DNA of 64,000 nt from a virus (taxonomy: Duplodnaviria; Caudoviricetes), in IMG/VR virus record IMGVR_UViG_3300015608_004761, positions 35,907 through 99,906 of that record; one strand, 5' to 3'. Shown here one piece after another: positions 8,436-17,111 of this stretch. How positions within the stretch are numbered: the first letter of the stretch is position 1; each line of letters begins with the position of its first letter. The position numbers were made by a program, and so were the translations under genes. The notes beneath the pieces are model-generated. The model saw only the letters and a list, made by a program, of their open reading frames with translations, was not told the origin of the DNA and ran no database searches.

Positions 8436-11400
8436 TCACATGTTGAAGCTGTTGTCGTCGGGCGGGATGGCGCCGCCCTTGCCGCCCGCGAGGGCGGTCA
8501 GGTTCGCCGGGGGGCCGCTGTGGGCGACCCCGGGCGTCTTCTGCTCTCCGAAGGAGGTGCGCCGCTTGCTCACGTCCCGGACCTTGGCCACGAAGGAGCC
8601 CAGTCGCAGGACCGTGATCGTGTGCGCGTCGGCCGACAGGCCGCACGCCTGGATGAAGTTCATCACGCCGAGCTTGTCGAAGTCCGCTTGCGGGACGGCC
8701 GTGGCGTGCTGGTCGAGGAGGTGCTTCAGGCGGTGGTACTCCTGCTTGCACCAGGGCTCGGTGCGGAAGAGGGCCCCGCCGTTGGACATGGCGGCGATCC
8801 AGTCGATCACGAGGTAGCCCTGCTCGTTGTGGTAGAGCGCCCCGCACATCATGGTGTTGAGCACGGGCCACTTGTCGGGCTCCGCGAGGAGCGCCATCAC
8901 GGAGGTGTAGTTCGAGCCCATGCGCACCCCGTTGGTGCGCAGGAACGTGTCGAAGAGGATGTTCGTGGGGGTGGCGTGGGCGTAGGCGTTGAGCGACGTC
9001 TCCCGGGCGAGGGTGCAGTCGACGACGAAGTCGCGCCACTTGCCGCCGAGCAGGGCGAGCATGGTGGCGGGGCCCGCGAAGTTGCGCAGGAAGCGGGTCT
9101 CGACCTTGAAGGGCAGGTTCATGTCCGAGGTGGCCAGCTCCCGAGAGATCGACTCGAAGAGCTTCTTGTAGGCGGCGTGGAAGTGGAAGAGCCCCAGGTT
9201 CAGGGTGCGCCGTAGCTTCGCGTACTCCTCCGGCGTGACGATCTCGTGGATGGCGACGGCCGGGTCCTTGTGTCCGACCACCTTCACGAGGTCGATCTCC
9301 AGACGCCGGTTGATGTCCTGCATGTCGCGCGGCGGGTGCGTCGAGGTGGTCATGGAGTTGGTGTGGACGACGCGGACCTCGGCGACGCCGCCGACCATCC
9401 GTCGGACCTGCGCGCCGCCGGGGAAGATCGACTGCCGCAGGATCTCGATCACGTCCTCGACCTGACGGCTCTTCATCATGTGCACGCCGTCCGCCGTGAA
9501 CTCGTCGAGCGCGATCAGGCAGGTCGAGCCGTCGTAGAAGTTGTAGATGGAGGCGGCCGAGTAGTTGGACTGGTAGCTCGACCAGTCCACGAGCTTGAGC
9601 TCCGGGTGCTGGCCGCCGCTCAGGACGGACATGAGCTTGGACTTGCCGGCGCTCGTCGGGGCGGTGATCCCCGAGTTGATCTTCTCGTCGCAGAAGTGAG
9701 GCGCGCAGAGGTGGAGTGTGAGCAGGGCCATGAGCAGGGAGTCCTTGCGCCCGTGCTTGAGCCCCCAGCAGCCGTAGATCTTGACGAGCGTCTGGAGCGC
9801 CTCCTGGAGATCCTGGAGGGTCACGGAGTTGCCCCACTCCAGGTCCTCCACGCTGTGCACGACCGTGTCCAAGCCCTTGGGGTGGACCGAGAAGAGGAAC
9901 CTCCCGTCGGAGGCCCCCGTGAGCTGCTCCCACTTCACGGGCCCCTCGCCCGTGCTCACCCCCTTGAAGACGCGCCGGCCGGTGTTGACGTACTGCACCG
10001 TGTGGCCGTCGAGTTCGACCACGTGGGGCCCGAGCCCCTTGGTGTCGCACTCTGACTTGGACGGCAGGTTGTGGAAGACGCGCTGCATGGCCATGCGCGT
10101 GTAGTCGGCGAACGGCTTCTGGAGCTCGCGCATGAGCGGCGCCGCCCGGTCGGCCTTCTCGTCGTAGAGGAACGGCGGCACCCCCACCCGCTGTGTGAAG
10201 AACTGGTGCATGTCCCCGACCACGTTGGACAGGGCGCTCATGGCGGTGAAGCCGTCGTCGGCCGGGAAGCGCACGGCCCGCTCGGTCTCCTTGTGCTGGG
10301 CGTAGACCATGCTCCCCTTCACGGTCTCCTCCTTGTAGAGGAAGTGCAGGTCGTGGGCGAGCGTGTCGGCGATGCGGCTGACGAAGCCCTCCTCGTCGTC
10401 CTGGCCCTGGACGATCTGCGCCCGCACGGCGCCGGGGGCCACCCCCAGGCGCGCGGCGGCCTTGTCCAGGTAGCTCGCGAGCTGCGCCGGGTTGAGCAGG
10501 CACTCGCCGTACTTCACGGCGACGGCCGTCTTCTCGCGCGTCTCGGTGAGGTCGGCCGAGTCCTCGACGGCCCGCTCCAGGGCCCAATCGTCGCAGGCCA
10601 CGAAGGCAGCCTCGGGCTCGTCCATCGCCACCCGGCGGAAGTGGTCGAAGCCCTTCTCCCGTATCACCTCGTCGGCGTCCTTCAGGAACCCGTTGCCGTC
10701 GCGCAGGGCCCCCCAGCGGGCGAACACCCGGCACTCGATCTGTCGCGCGGTGAGGAGGCGGCTGCGCAGCCACAGCTCCCCGCGCCCCTGGTCGGGGTCG
10801 GGGTGGTCGTGTAGCAGGTACGCCGTGTCGACGCCCGCCTCCGCGAGGGCGTCCGTCGTGTTCTCCGTGCCGCAGGTGCTCACCACCCACCAGCCCGTGA
10901 GGTTCTCGCGGATGATGCCCTCGGCGATCGAGGTCATGTCGTTCTCGCCCTCGACGGCGATGAGCCGGACGCTGCGCACGTCCCGCTCGACCCCGGCCGC
11001 GTCGGGGGCGTAGAGCCCGAAGAAGCCGTGCCCCTCGTCCGGGTGGTAGGGCGCGAGCATCTTGAAGTTGCCCTGCTTGGTATTGTCGGCGTCGGGCCGA
11101 CGCAGGCGAATGCGAGCCGGGGTGGTGAAGTCGTGACCCGTCACGTACGCGACGGCCCCCACCCACTCCGGCCCCGCCGACTCGGCGAGCTTCTTCACGC
11201 GTTCGAGGATCTTGCCGCGTCTCTCCGGGGAGAAGCGCGTCGAGACGCTCTTGGCGTAGTCGTCCGTCGCCGACTTCTCCATGTGGTTCTTGCACATCTC
11301 CAGGAGGTGATCCTGGGGCGGCCATACGCCGTACGGGAGGTTCGAGACCATGTCCGGCGAGTGGCCCCGCTGCTTGAAGATCCACTCCATGGCAGGGCGG

Positions 11401-11906
11401 GCGATCTGCTGGGCCAGCGCGTCGTACGCCGTATGGTCCCATCGGTCGGCCTCCGGCGGGGAGATCATCTTGACGAGGTAGTCGTTGACGGCCCATGCCA
11501 TCACGCGCAGCGCCTCCCGGTGCTGGTCGAGGGCCTCGTAGGCCGTGCCCTGCTTCTCGGTGACGGGGCGAAACCCCGTGATCGAGTGGATGCGCGCGAG
11601 CCCCTCGGCGTAGCTCCAGCCGAGGCAGTCCTGGAGGAGCTGGAGGAGGTTGCGCGTGGTGTAGTTGCAGCTCTTGCACTGGACACGCCCCCGGAGCAGG
11701 TCCACGTAGCACGACGGGTTGTGGTCCGGGTGCGACGGGGTGGGGCAGCGCATGAGCAGGGTCTTGGCCGACACGGCCCGGACCTGGGAGTCGGGGAACG
11801 CCTGTTCGAGGAACAGGCGCATGCGCCCCGTATCCATCCGCTTGATGAGTTCGATCGCGTCGCTCTGACGCAAAGGGGTGGTGTTGGAGCCCTTCCCTCG
11901 TGCCAT
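8436..11906 (-). CDS. Primase-helicase fusion (CHC2-type Zn finger, Toprim, C-terminal P-loop ATPase)
   Basis: CPTPSH..CKSC; IAVEGEND and HDHPD; APTSAGKS and IALDE. Confidence 0.8.
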   Translation of the reverse strand: MARGKGSNTTPLRQSDAIELIKRMDTGRMRLFLEQAFPDSQVRAVSAKTLLMRCPTPSHPDHNPSCYVDLLRGRVQCKSCNYTTRNLLQLLQDCLGWSYAEGLARIHSITGFRPVTEKQGTAYEALDQHREALRVMAWAVNDYLVKMISPPEADRWDHTAYDALAQQIARPAMEWIFKQRGHSPDMVSNLPYGVWPPQDHLLEMCKNHMEKSATDDYAKSVSTRFSPERRGKILERVKKLAESAGPEWVGAVAYVTGHDFTTPARIRLRRPDADNTKQGNFKMLAPYHPDEGHGFFGLYAPDAAGVERDVRSVRLIAVEGENDMTSIAEGIIRENLTGWWVVSTCGTENTTDALAEAGVDTAYLLHDHPDPDQGRGELWLRSRLLTARQIECRVFARWGALRDGNGFLKDADEVIREKGFDHFRRVAMDEPEAAFVACDDWALERAVEDSADLTETREKTAVAVKYGECLLNPAQLASYLDKAAARLGVAPGAVRAQIVQGQDDEEGFVSRIADTLAHDLHFLYKEETVKGSMVYAQHKETERAVRFPADDGFTAMSALSNVVGDMHQFFTQRVGVPPFLYDEKADRAAPLMRELQKPFADYTRMAMQRVFHNLPSKSECDTKGLGPHVVELDGHTVQYVNTGRRVFKGVSTGEGPVKWEQLTGASDGRFLFSVHPKGLDTVVHSVEDLEWGNSVTLQDLQEALQTLVKIYGCWGLKHGRKDSLLMALLTLHLCAPHFCDEKINSGITAPTSAGKSKLMSVLSGGQHPELKLVDWSSYQSNYSAASIYNFYDGSTCLIALDEFTADGVHMMKSRQVEDVIEILRQSIFPGGAQVRRMVGGVAEVRVVHTNSMTTSTHPPRDMQDINRRLEIDLVKVVGHKDPAVAIHEIVTPEEYAKLRRTLNLGLFHFHAAYKKLFESISRELATSDMNLPFKVETRFLRNFAGPATMLALLGGKWRDFVVDCTLARETSLNAYAHATPTNILFDTFLRTNGVRMGSNYTSVMALLAEPDKWPVLNTMMCGALYHNEQGYLVIDWIAAMSNGGALFRTEPWCKQEYHRLKHLLDQHATAVPQADFDKLGVMNFIQACGLSADAHTITVLRLGSFVAKVRDVSKRRTSFGEQKTPGVAHSGPPANLTALAGGKGGAIPPDDNSFNM

Positions 11907-11932
11907 GCGCCCTCCTTTCTCGGGTCAATCTG

Positions 11933-12796
11933 TCAGGTGTTCTTGCGCCCACCCAAGCGCTTGGCCTTGCGCGCTTCGACCTCGGCGGCGCCGACCTCGC
12001 ACCGGTCCGAGTAGCCGCAGTACTCGCACTGCCAGCCGGTGGTCGCCTCGGTCTTGCCCTCCTCGATGAGGGTGAGGCTGCGTGTGAGCTTGTTGAGGTA
12101 GCCCTCCAGCCAGGGCAGCACGTGGCCCTTGATCTCGTCGCGCGTCCACGGACCCGGCTGCCCGTTCAGGCGCGGGAACCAGTCGAGGCGCGGCTCGCCG
12201 AAGTAGTTGATGGCCGACTGCACGCCCGCGACCTCCGGGAAGTTCCCGACGGCCAGGGCCATGTAGGCGTAGAACTGCGTCGCGTGCTCCTTGATGGGCT
12301 TCTTGCGGCCGGACTTGTGGTCCACCACCAGGAGCACCTTGTCTCGCGTGAGCGCCGCGTAGTCGAAGACGCCGCGAAGGATCGCGCGGCGGTTGTCGAA
12401 GAAGTCGACCCCATCGCCGTTCACGTCGATGGCGACCTTGTGTTCGATCAGCTCCATGGAGACGCCCTGCTCCTCCTTGAAGCGCTGGATGCGCGCGGTG
12501 AAGTCGAGCACCGCCGGCACCTTCGCCGTGAGCTCCCCGGCCTCCGCGTGCGTGAGCCCGTCCGCCTCGATGATCTTGGCGGCCTCGCGCCGCAGGTCGT
12601 CGGCCGAAGGCGGCATGCGGAGCGCGAGCTCCTGGAGCGTGTGCGCCGACACGCCGCCGCGCGCCTGCGTGCTCTTGCCCGCCTCGGGCAGCTTCTTCTC
12701 GTACTTGTTGTCGTATTGCTGGGCGCACAGCCCCAGCATGTTGGCCTTGGAGATCGACCACGGCCCGTGCTTGATGACCAACTCGTTGAACGCCAT
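11933..12796 (-). CDS. PD-(D/E)XK exonuclease, RecB/AddB/Cas4-like, with Fe-S cysteines
   Basis: GVFD..VVDHKSG..QFYAY; N-terminal Cys plus CEYCGYSDRC. Confidence 0.85.
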   Translation of the reverse strand: MAFNELVIKHGPWSISKANMLGLCAQQYDNKYEKKLPEAGKSTQARGGVSAHTLQELALRMPPSADDLRREAAKIIEADGLTHAEAGELTAKVPAVLDFTARIQRFKEEQGVSMELIEHKVAIDVNGDGVDFFDNRRAILRGVFDYAALTRDKVLLVVDHKSGRKKPIKEHATQFYAYMALAVGNFPEVAGVQSAINYFGEPRLDWFPRLNGQPGPWTRDEIKGHVLPWLEGYLNKLTRSLTLIEEGKTEATTGWQCEYCGYSDRCEVGAAEVEARKAKRLGGRKNT

Positions 12797-12825
12797 GTTT
12801 TGCCTCGCAAACGAAGAGACGCCGA

Positions 12826-12875
12826 AGGGCGCCGGGGGCCCCGTAGCGCAAGCGCCACAAGGTCCCCGACGCCCT
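12826..12875 (-). other. Intergenic imperfect stem-loop of about 15 bp (possible terminator or processing site)
   Basis: AGGGCGCCGGGG.. and ..CCCCGACGCCCT inverted repeat between two minus-strand genes. Confidence 0.35.
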
Positions 12876-12886
12876 CCGTCGGTCGA

Positions 12887-14176
12887 TCACATGTTCTGGT
12901 TGGCGAGGTTGGTGAGGTTCGCGGGGGGCTCGCCGCCCGACCCACCCATGAGCGCCCCGAAGTCCGCCTCGCCCGAGGGCTTCTCCGCACCGCCCGTGAG
13001 GATCTTCAGGTGGATGCGGCGCTTCTCGAGCCAGTAGTACTCGGTGTCGATCTTGCGGCAGATCAGCGAGAGGAACTTGGCCTCGGCCTCGGTCGGCGCC
13101 GCACTCCGCATCACGTCGTGGGTCACGAGGAACCAGCGGCGCGAGGCGTCCTTCGGATCGGTCTCCTTCTTCGTGGAGATCGCGAAGGCGTAGTCCCAGA
13201 GGTACCGCCAGCCCGCCGAGTACGCCTTGCGGATCGCGCGGCCGGGCTTGGTGTTGGTGCCCGAGAGCACCATGCGGTAGATGCCGCTGAAGTCGCGCGG
13301 CACGAAGTACAGGTGCACCTCGTTGCGGCACGCGTTCTTGTTCGGCCGGTTGTCCTTGAACGGACGCTCGGGGCAGGCCGCGCACGCGCCGAACTTGTCG
13401 CCCATGATCTGGTCGATCGAGCGGCAGATGGGCGCCTTGCTCTTGGGCTCGTCACCGTCGGACGCCTTCGCGTCCTTCGCGTCACCGTCCTCGCCGCGCG
13501 GCGGCCAGAACGTGTTGACCTCGTAGCCCGCGATCACGAAGCCCTCGAAGCGCTCGGGCACGCGCACGTCGCCGCGCGAGAGCGCCTCGGCTGAGTCACG
13601 GTCGCAGGCCGCGAGGATGGTGCCGTCGGTGCCGTAGATGCCGCCCGTGGGGGTCATCTTGGGGCGCGACGAGTCGTCGCCCGTGCCGTGGTAGATGCGG
13701 GCCTCGAACATCTGGAGGCCCTGGCGCTTCTTGCCATGGTCGCCGGGCTTGATCGGGTTCATGCGCTCCAGCGCCAGCGCGAAGTTCTTCGCCTTCGCGG
13801 GGTCGAGGTCCTTCAGGACCTCGCGGATCTCCTCGTCGAGCACCGGCTTGTAGACCTGCCGGAGGTAGCGCTCGTCGTCGGGGAACAGCGCCACCAGCCG
13901 GTCGCAGGCGTCCGGGTCGGTGGGGCTGAAAGGGGTGTCGAGGGTCTCGCCCTTGGGCTTGTCGAGACCCGCCTCCTGCACCGTGGCGAGGGCCACAGGG
14001 GCGGCAGGCTCGGCCGGGGCGGCCGTCGGTTCGGCGGCCGGAGCCGTCGCAGGGGTCGAGTCCTCCATCGCGGACTCGGTAGCGGTGGTGGCCTCGGCCT
14101 CGGCGACCGGCGGGTCGGCGGGGGTGTTGGCGGTGGTGGGGGTGGTGTTGCTGGTGTTCTTGTTCGGCTTGGACAT
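12887..14176 (-). CDS. Putative ssDNA-binding/annealing protein with a Cys cluster
   Basis: AAGGAG RBS; PICRSID..CAACP..NAC motif; next to the exonuclease in the replication block. Confidence 0.45.
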   Translation of the reverse strand: MSKPNKNTSNTTPTTANTPADPPVAEAEATTATESAMEDSTPATAPAAEPTAAPAEPAAPVALATVQEAGLDKPKGETLDTPFSPTDPDACDRLVALFPDDERYLRQVYKPVLDEEIREVLKDLDPAKAKNFALALERMNPIKPGDHGKKRQGLQMFEARIYHGTGDDSSRPKMTPTGGIYGTDGTILAACDRDSAEALSRGDVRVPERFEGFVIAGYEVNTFWPPRGEDGDAKDAKASDGDEPKSKAPICRSIDQIMGDKFGACAACPERPFKDNRPNKNACRNEVHLYFVPRDFSGIYRMVLSGTNTKPGRAIRKAYSAGWRYLWDYAFAISTKKETDPKDASRRWFLVTHDVMRSAAPTEAEAKFLSLICRKIDTEYYWLEKRRIHLKILTGGAEKPSGEADFGALMGGSGGEPPANLTNLANQNM

Positions 14177-14242
14177 GTTTGGTGTTGCTCCTTAGGGGAG
14201 TCCGCACGACGCGGAAGGGAGAAGAGTGTATATCTCAGCCAT

Positions 14243-15010
14243 ATGAGGGATACAACGTCGCGATACTTCGATGAAGTCAGTCGATTGGAGCTGCCAACGC
14301 AGGCCCAGGAGCGGGCCGGGCTCCTCGACTACTGGCAACTTACGCAGGCCCACGAGCGTGAGACTGACCCCTCCAAGCGCGAGCAGATCGCCCGGCAGCG
14401 CGCCCGGAGGGGCCAGAAGATCGCGGAGGGCTACTTGCGGTTCGTCATCGGGAAGGCACGCGACCGGACACGTGACGAGGACCTCCTTCTGGACTTCATC
14501 GGAGCCGGGAACGAGGGCTTGATGATCGCGATCACCAAGTTCGACCCGGCGTACGACGTACGCTTCCTCACCTACGCCGCCCCGTGGGTGAGGGTGAAGA
14601 TGGACGAGGTGGCTCACCGCCTCGGGACGGTGCACGTCTCGGTCCACCAAAGAAAGCAGTGCATCCAGCGGGGCGAGGAGCCCCCCACGGCCACCCTGAC
14701 GCACGTCGATGACGTGCAACTGGTGTCCCCCTCGGACGTCGAGAGGGAGGCCGTGCCCGAGGGCCGGACGGCGCTCAAGTACCTGAAGCTGACGGGGCTC
14801 TCGCGGCGCGAGCGCGTGATCCTGGTCCTGTCGCTGGGCCTGCGGGGTGACCCGCAGGGCGACGAGGACCTCGCCCTCACGCTCTACTCGCTCGACGGGT
14901 CGATCTTCTGCGCCCCCGAGCTGCGCCGGATCCGCGAGGAGGCGCTGGGGAAAATGCGGCGCTGGGCCGGCGAACACCCCGACGAGGAGATGTTCGCCGA
15001 GCTCAGCTAG
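14243..15010 (+). CDS. Phage sigma70-family sigma factor
   Basis: Region 1.2-like SRYFDEVSRLEL; region 2 YLRFVIGKA..DFIGAGNEGLMIAITKFDP..RFLTYAAPWVR; region 4-like LSRRERVIL..RRIREEALGKMR. Confidence 0.85.
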   Translation: MRDTTSRYFDEVSRLELPTQAQERAGLLDYWQLTQAHERETDPSKREQIARQRARRGQKIAEGYLRFVIGKARDRTRDEDLLLDFIGAGNEGLMIAITKFDPAYDVRFLTYAAPWVRVKMDEVAHRLGTVHVSVHQRKQCIQRGEEPPTATLTHVDDVQLVSPSDVEREAVPEGRTALKYLKLTGLSRRERVILVLSLGLRGDPQGDEDLALTLYSLDGSIFCAPELRRIREEALGKMRRWAGEHPDEEMFAELS

Positions 15011-15013
15011 GGG

Positions 15014-16120
15014 TCAGTCGGCTGACGAGTCCTCGTCGTCGAGGAGCGCCGCCTTCGGCAGCTCCTTGATGCCGGCGGCCTCCTCGTGGCCCCGGAGGCG
15101 GCCCTTCTCGAAGGCGATCTTCTCGGGGTCGGCGTCGCGGGCGCGCAGGTTCTTCACCCGGGTGTCGATCCAGTTGAGGACCTTGCGCTGGTTGATGACG
15201 CCGACGTGCTTCACCTCGACCTTGTCGTAGCCGTGCTGCTTGGGCACCCGCTTGACCGGCTCGCCGCCCTCGCCCGCCCCCGCCTCGGCCTTGGCCGCCT
15301 GCTTGGCCTGCCACGCCTTGACGGCCTCCTTGAGCTGGTCCTCGTCCCAGCCCTTCTCGACGGCGCGGTTGGCGATGGCCGTCTGCGCGTCGTGGTCCTT
15401 GATCGGGCGCAGGGCGCGCGCCGCCGTGACGGTGAGCAGCCCGTCGCGCACGAGCTTCAGGACCGGCTCGGCGAGGTCGAAGATGCCGAGGTACTGGCTC
15501 ACCTTGCCGGGCGACCAGCCGACGCGGCTGGCGATCTGGTCCTGGAGCAGCCCCGAGTCCTTGAGGTTCTTCACTACGACGGCGCTGTCGTAGTGGGTCA
15601 TGCCGGCGCGCGCCTCGTTCTCGAAGTAGGCGTCCTGCACCATCTCGGACCAGTGAGTGTAGTTCTTCACCTTGGCGTTGATGGTCGAGAACTTGTTGAT
15701 GAGCGCGGCGCGCGTGCGGCGGCGGCCGAAGACCAGGACGTAGTAGTCCTCGCCCTTCTTGACGTTCACCCGCAGCTTCGGGTCGGCCGACACCGGCAGC
15801 GACGCGGTCTCGCCCACGTAGCGCATCTTGGTGACGAGCACCGGGGAGGTGATGCCGCCCTTGGTCTGCTCGACGAACTCGTCGATGCTCTGCGAGGTGC
15901 TGCGCACGTCGAAGATCACCAGGAGCTGCTGGGGCTTCACGTCGATCGGCCCCTCCTCGTCAGGCACCGGCTCCCAGTCCTTGAAGACGGCGGCGTAGCC
16001 CGCCTTCTCCTCAGACGCGGCGGACCCGGACGCGGCGGACTTCTTGGCCCGCTTGGACGGCGTCTCCACCGTCTCGTCCTTCTTCTTGCCCTTCTTCTCG
16101 GTCGTATCTTCGGTCGTCAT
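15014..16120 (-). CDS. parB: ParB/Spo0J/KorB-like protein (ParB N-domain plus HTH)
   Basis: YVLVFGRRRTRAA (GxxRxxA-type CTP box), ENEAR, HTH QDQIASRVGWSPGKVSQYL. Confidence 0.85.
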   Translation of the reverse strand: MTTEDTTEKKGKKKDETVETPSKRAKKSAASGSAASEEKAGYAAVFKDWEPVPDEEGPIDVKPQQLLVIFDVRSTSQSIDEFVEQTKGGITSPVLVTKMRYVGETASLPVSADPKLRVNVKKGEDYYVLVFGRRRTRAALINKFSTINAKVKNYTHWSEMVQDAYFENEARAGMTHYDSAVVVKNLKDSGLLQDQIASRVGWSPGKVSQYLGIFDLAEPVLKLVRDGLLTVTAARALRPIKDHDAQTAIANRAVEKGWDEDQLKEAVKAWQAKQAAKAEAGAGEGGEPVKRVPKQHGYDKVEVKHVGVINQRKVLNWIDTRVKNLRARDADPEKIAFEKGRLRGHEEAAGIKELPKAALLDDEDSSAD

Positions 16121-16355
16121 GATCGACTCCTTCCCGCTCCGCGCAGGACAGTTGGTTCAGCTCGCCGCGCAGAATCCGGCGGACCTCGCGCGCGAACTGG
16201 ATGGGGGACACGGACTTCAGGGGCACCGCTTCGAGCGGGCCCCCGACCACGAGGTGCCGGAAAGCCTCGTAGAACTCCTTGGCCACGAGCGCCTCGCTCT
16301 GGGGCGCCACGTAGAGATCCAAAAACAACGAAACGACGATGGCCCTGAACTTCAC
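16011..16355 (-). CDS. Hypothetical protein
   Basis: GTGA coupling with the upstream gene, but overlaps the parB start by about 110 nt. Confidence 0.35.
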   Translation of the reverse strand: MKFRAIVVSLFLDLYVAPQSEALVAKEFYEAFRHLVVGGPLEAVPLKSVSPIQFAREVRRILRGELNQLSCAEREGVDHDDRRYDREEGQEEGRDGGDAVQAGQEVRRVRVRRV

Positions 16356-16579
16356 CGGGTCGGCGAAGAGGTGCTGCTCCCTGGCGGCGCCTCGAAAGGC
16401 GCGGTCCCGCAGTTCGCGCAGCGAACCGATGAGCACTGAGACGTCGGCGGAAGGATCGGACCTCGACACTTTGGGCATGTCGGCGGTTCTGCCACGCCCT
16501 CCGTACGCCGTAAAGCGGACGAAGCGGAGGCTTCTACCCGCTTGTCCTCGATATTCGTGACGACGCCGTACTTCTCCAC
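16352..16579 (-). CDS. Small zinc-ribbon protein
   Basis: CPKC..CANCGT; GGAG RBS. Confidence 0.6.
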   Translation of the reverse strand: MEKYGVVTNIEDKRVEASASSALRRTEGVAEPPTCPKCRGPILPPTSQCSSVRCANCGTAPFEAPPGSSTSSPTR

Positions 16580-16580
16580 G

Positions 16581-17111
16581 TCACTCTCCCGTCAGGTACT
16601 TGTCGAGGAAGCTCTTCTCCTCGGACGCTGCCGTGCCCGCCTCGCCCCGCCGGGCGGCCTCGGCCTCGGCGTAGCCGGGGTCGACGCGGCCGAACTCCCG
16701 CTCGACCAGACCCGTGCGGGTGCCGATCTCGCGGATGGCGACCTGACGGGGCTTCTCCAGGTCGGAGATCTCGATCGGATCGGTCAAGGGGTTCCCGCGC
16801 GCGTTCCCGCTCGACCACTTGGTGACGATGGCGCGCCCCGTGGGGCGGTCGGCGGGCGCCGGGGGCGCGGGAGGGGCCGGCGCGGGGGCCGGGGCGAAGG
16901 CCGTCGCAGACGGCGCCGGGGCGGGGGGCGCGGACGGGGCGGGAGGGGGCGGGGCAGGCCGCGCCGCCGGCCTCGGGTCGTCCACCCAGAGGTAGATCGT
17001 GCAGTTGTCGGGGACCTCGAAGTCCAGCAATACGCCGTACCCCCTCTGCTGGAGGTCCTGCTGGATCAGGGCCTTGACGTCCTCGGGACCGTACTGAACT
17101 TGCAGCTTCAT
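16581..17111 (-). CDS. Hypothetical protein with a Pro/Ala-rich linker
   Basis: Coupled to the SNF2 gene (4-nt overlap). Confidence 0.65.
   Translation of the reverse strand: MKLQVQYGPEDVKALIQQDLQQRGYGVLLDFEVPDNCTIYLWVDDPRPAARPAPPPPAPSAPPAPAPSATAFAPAPAPAPPAPPAPADRPTGRAIVTKWSSGNARGNPLTDPIEISDLEKPRQVAIREIGTRTGLVEREFGRVDPGYAEAEAARRGEAGTAASEEKSFLDKYLTGE

Noticed and set aside
11933-12796. CRISPR-associated Cas4
   Set aside because: No cas1/cas2 or repeat-spacer array; stand-alone Cas4-like nucleases are common in phage replication modules
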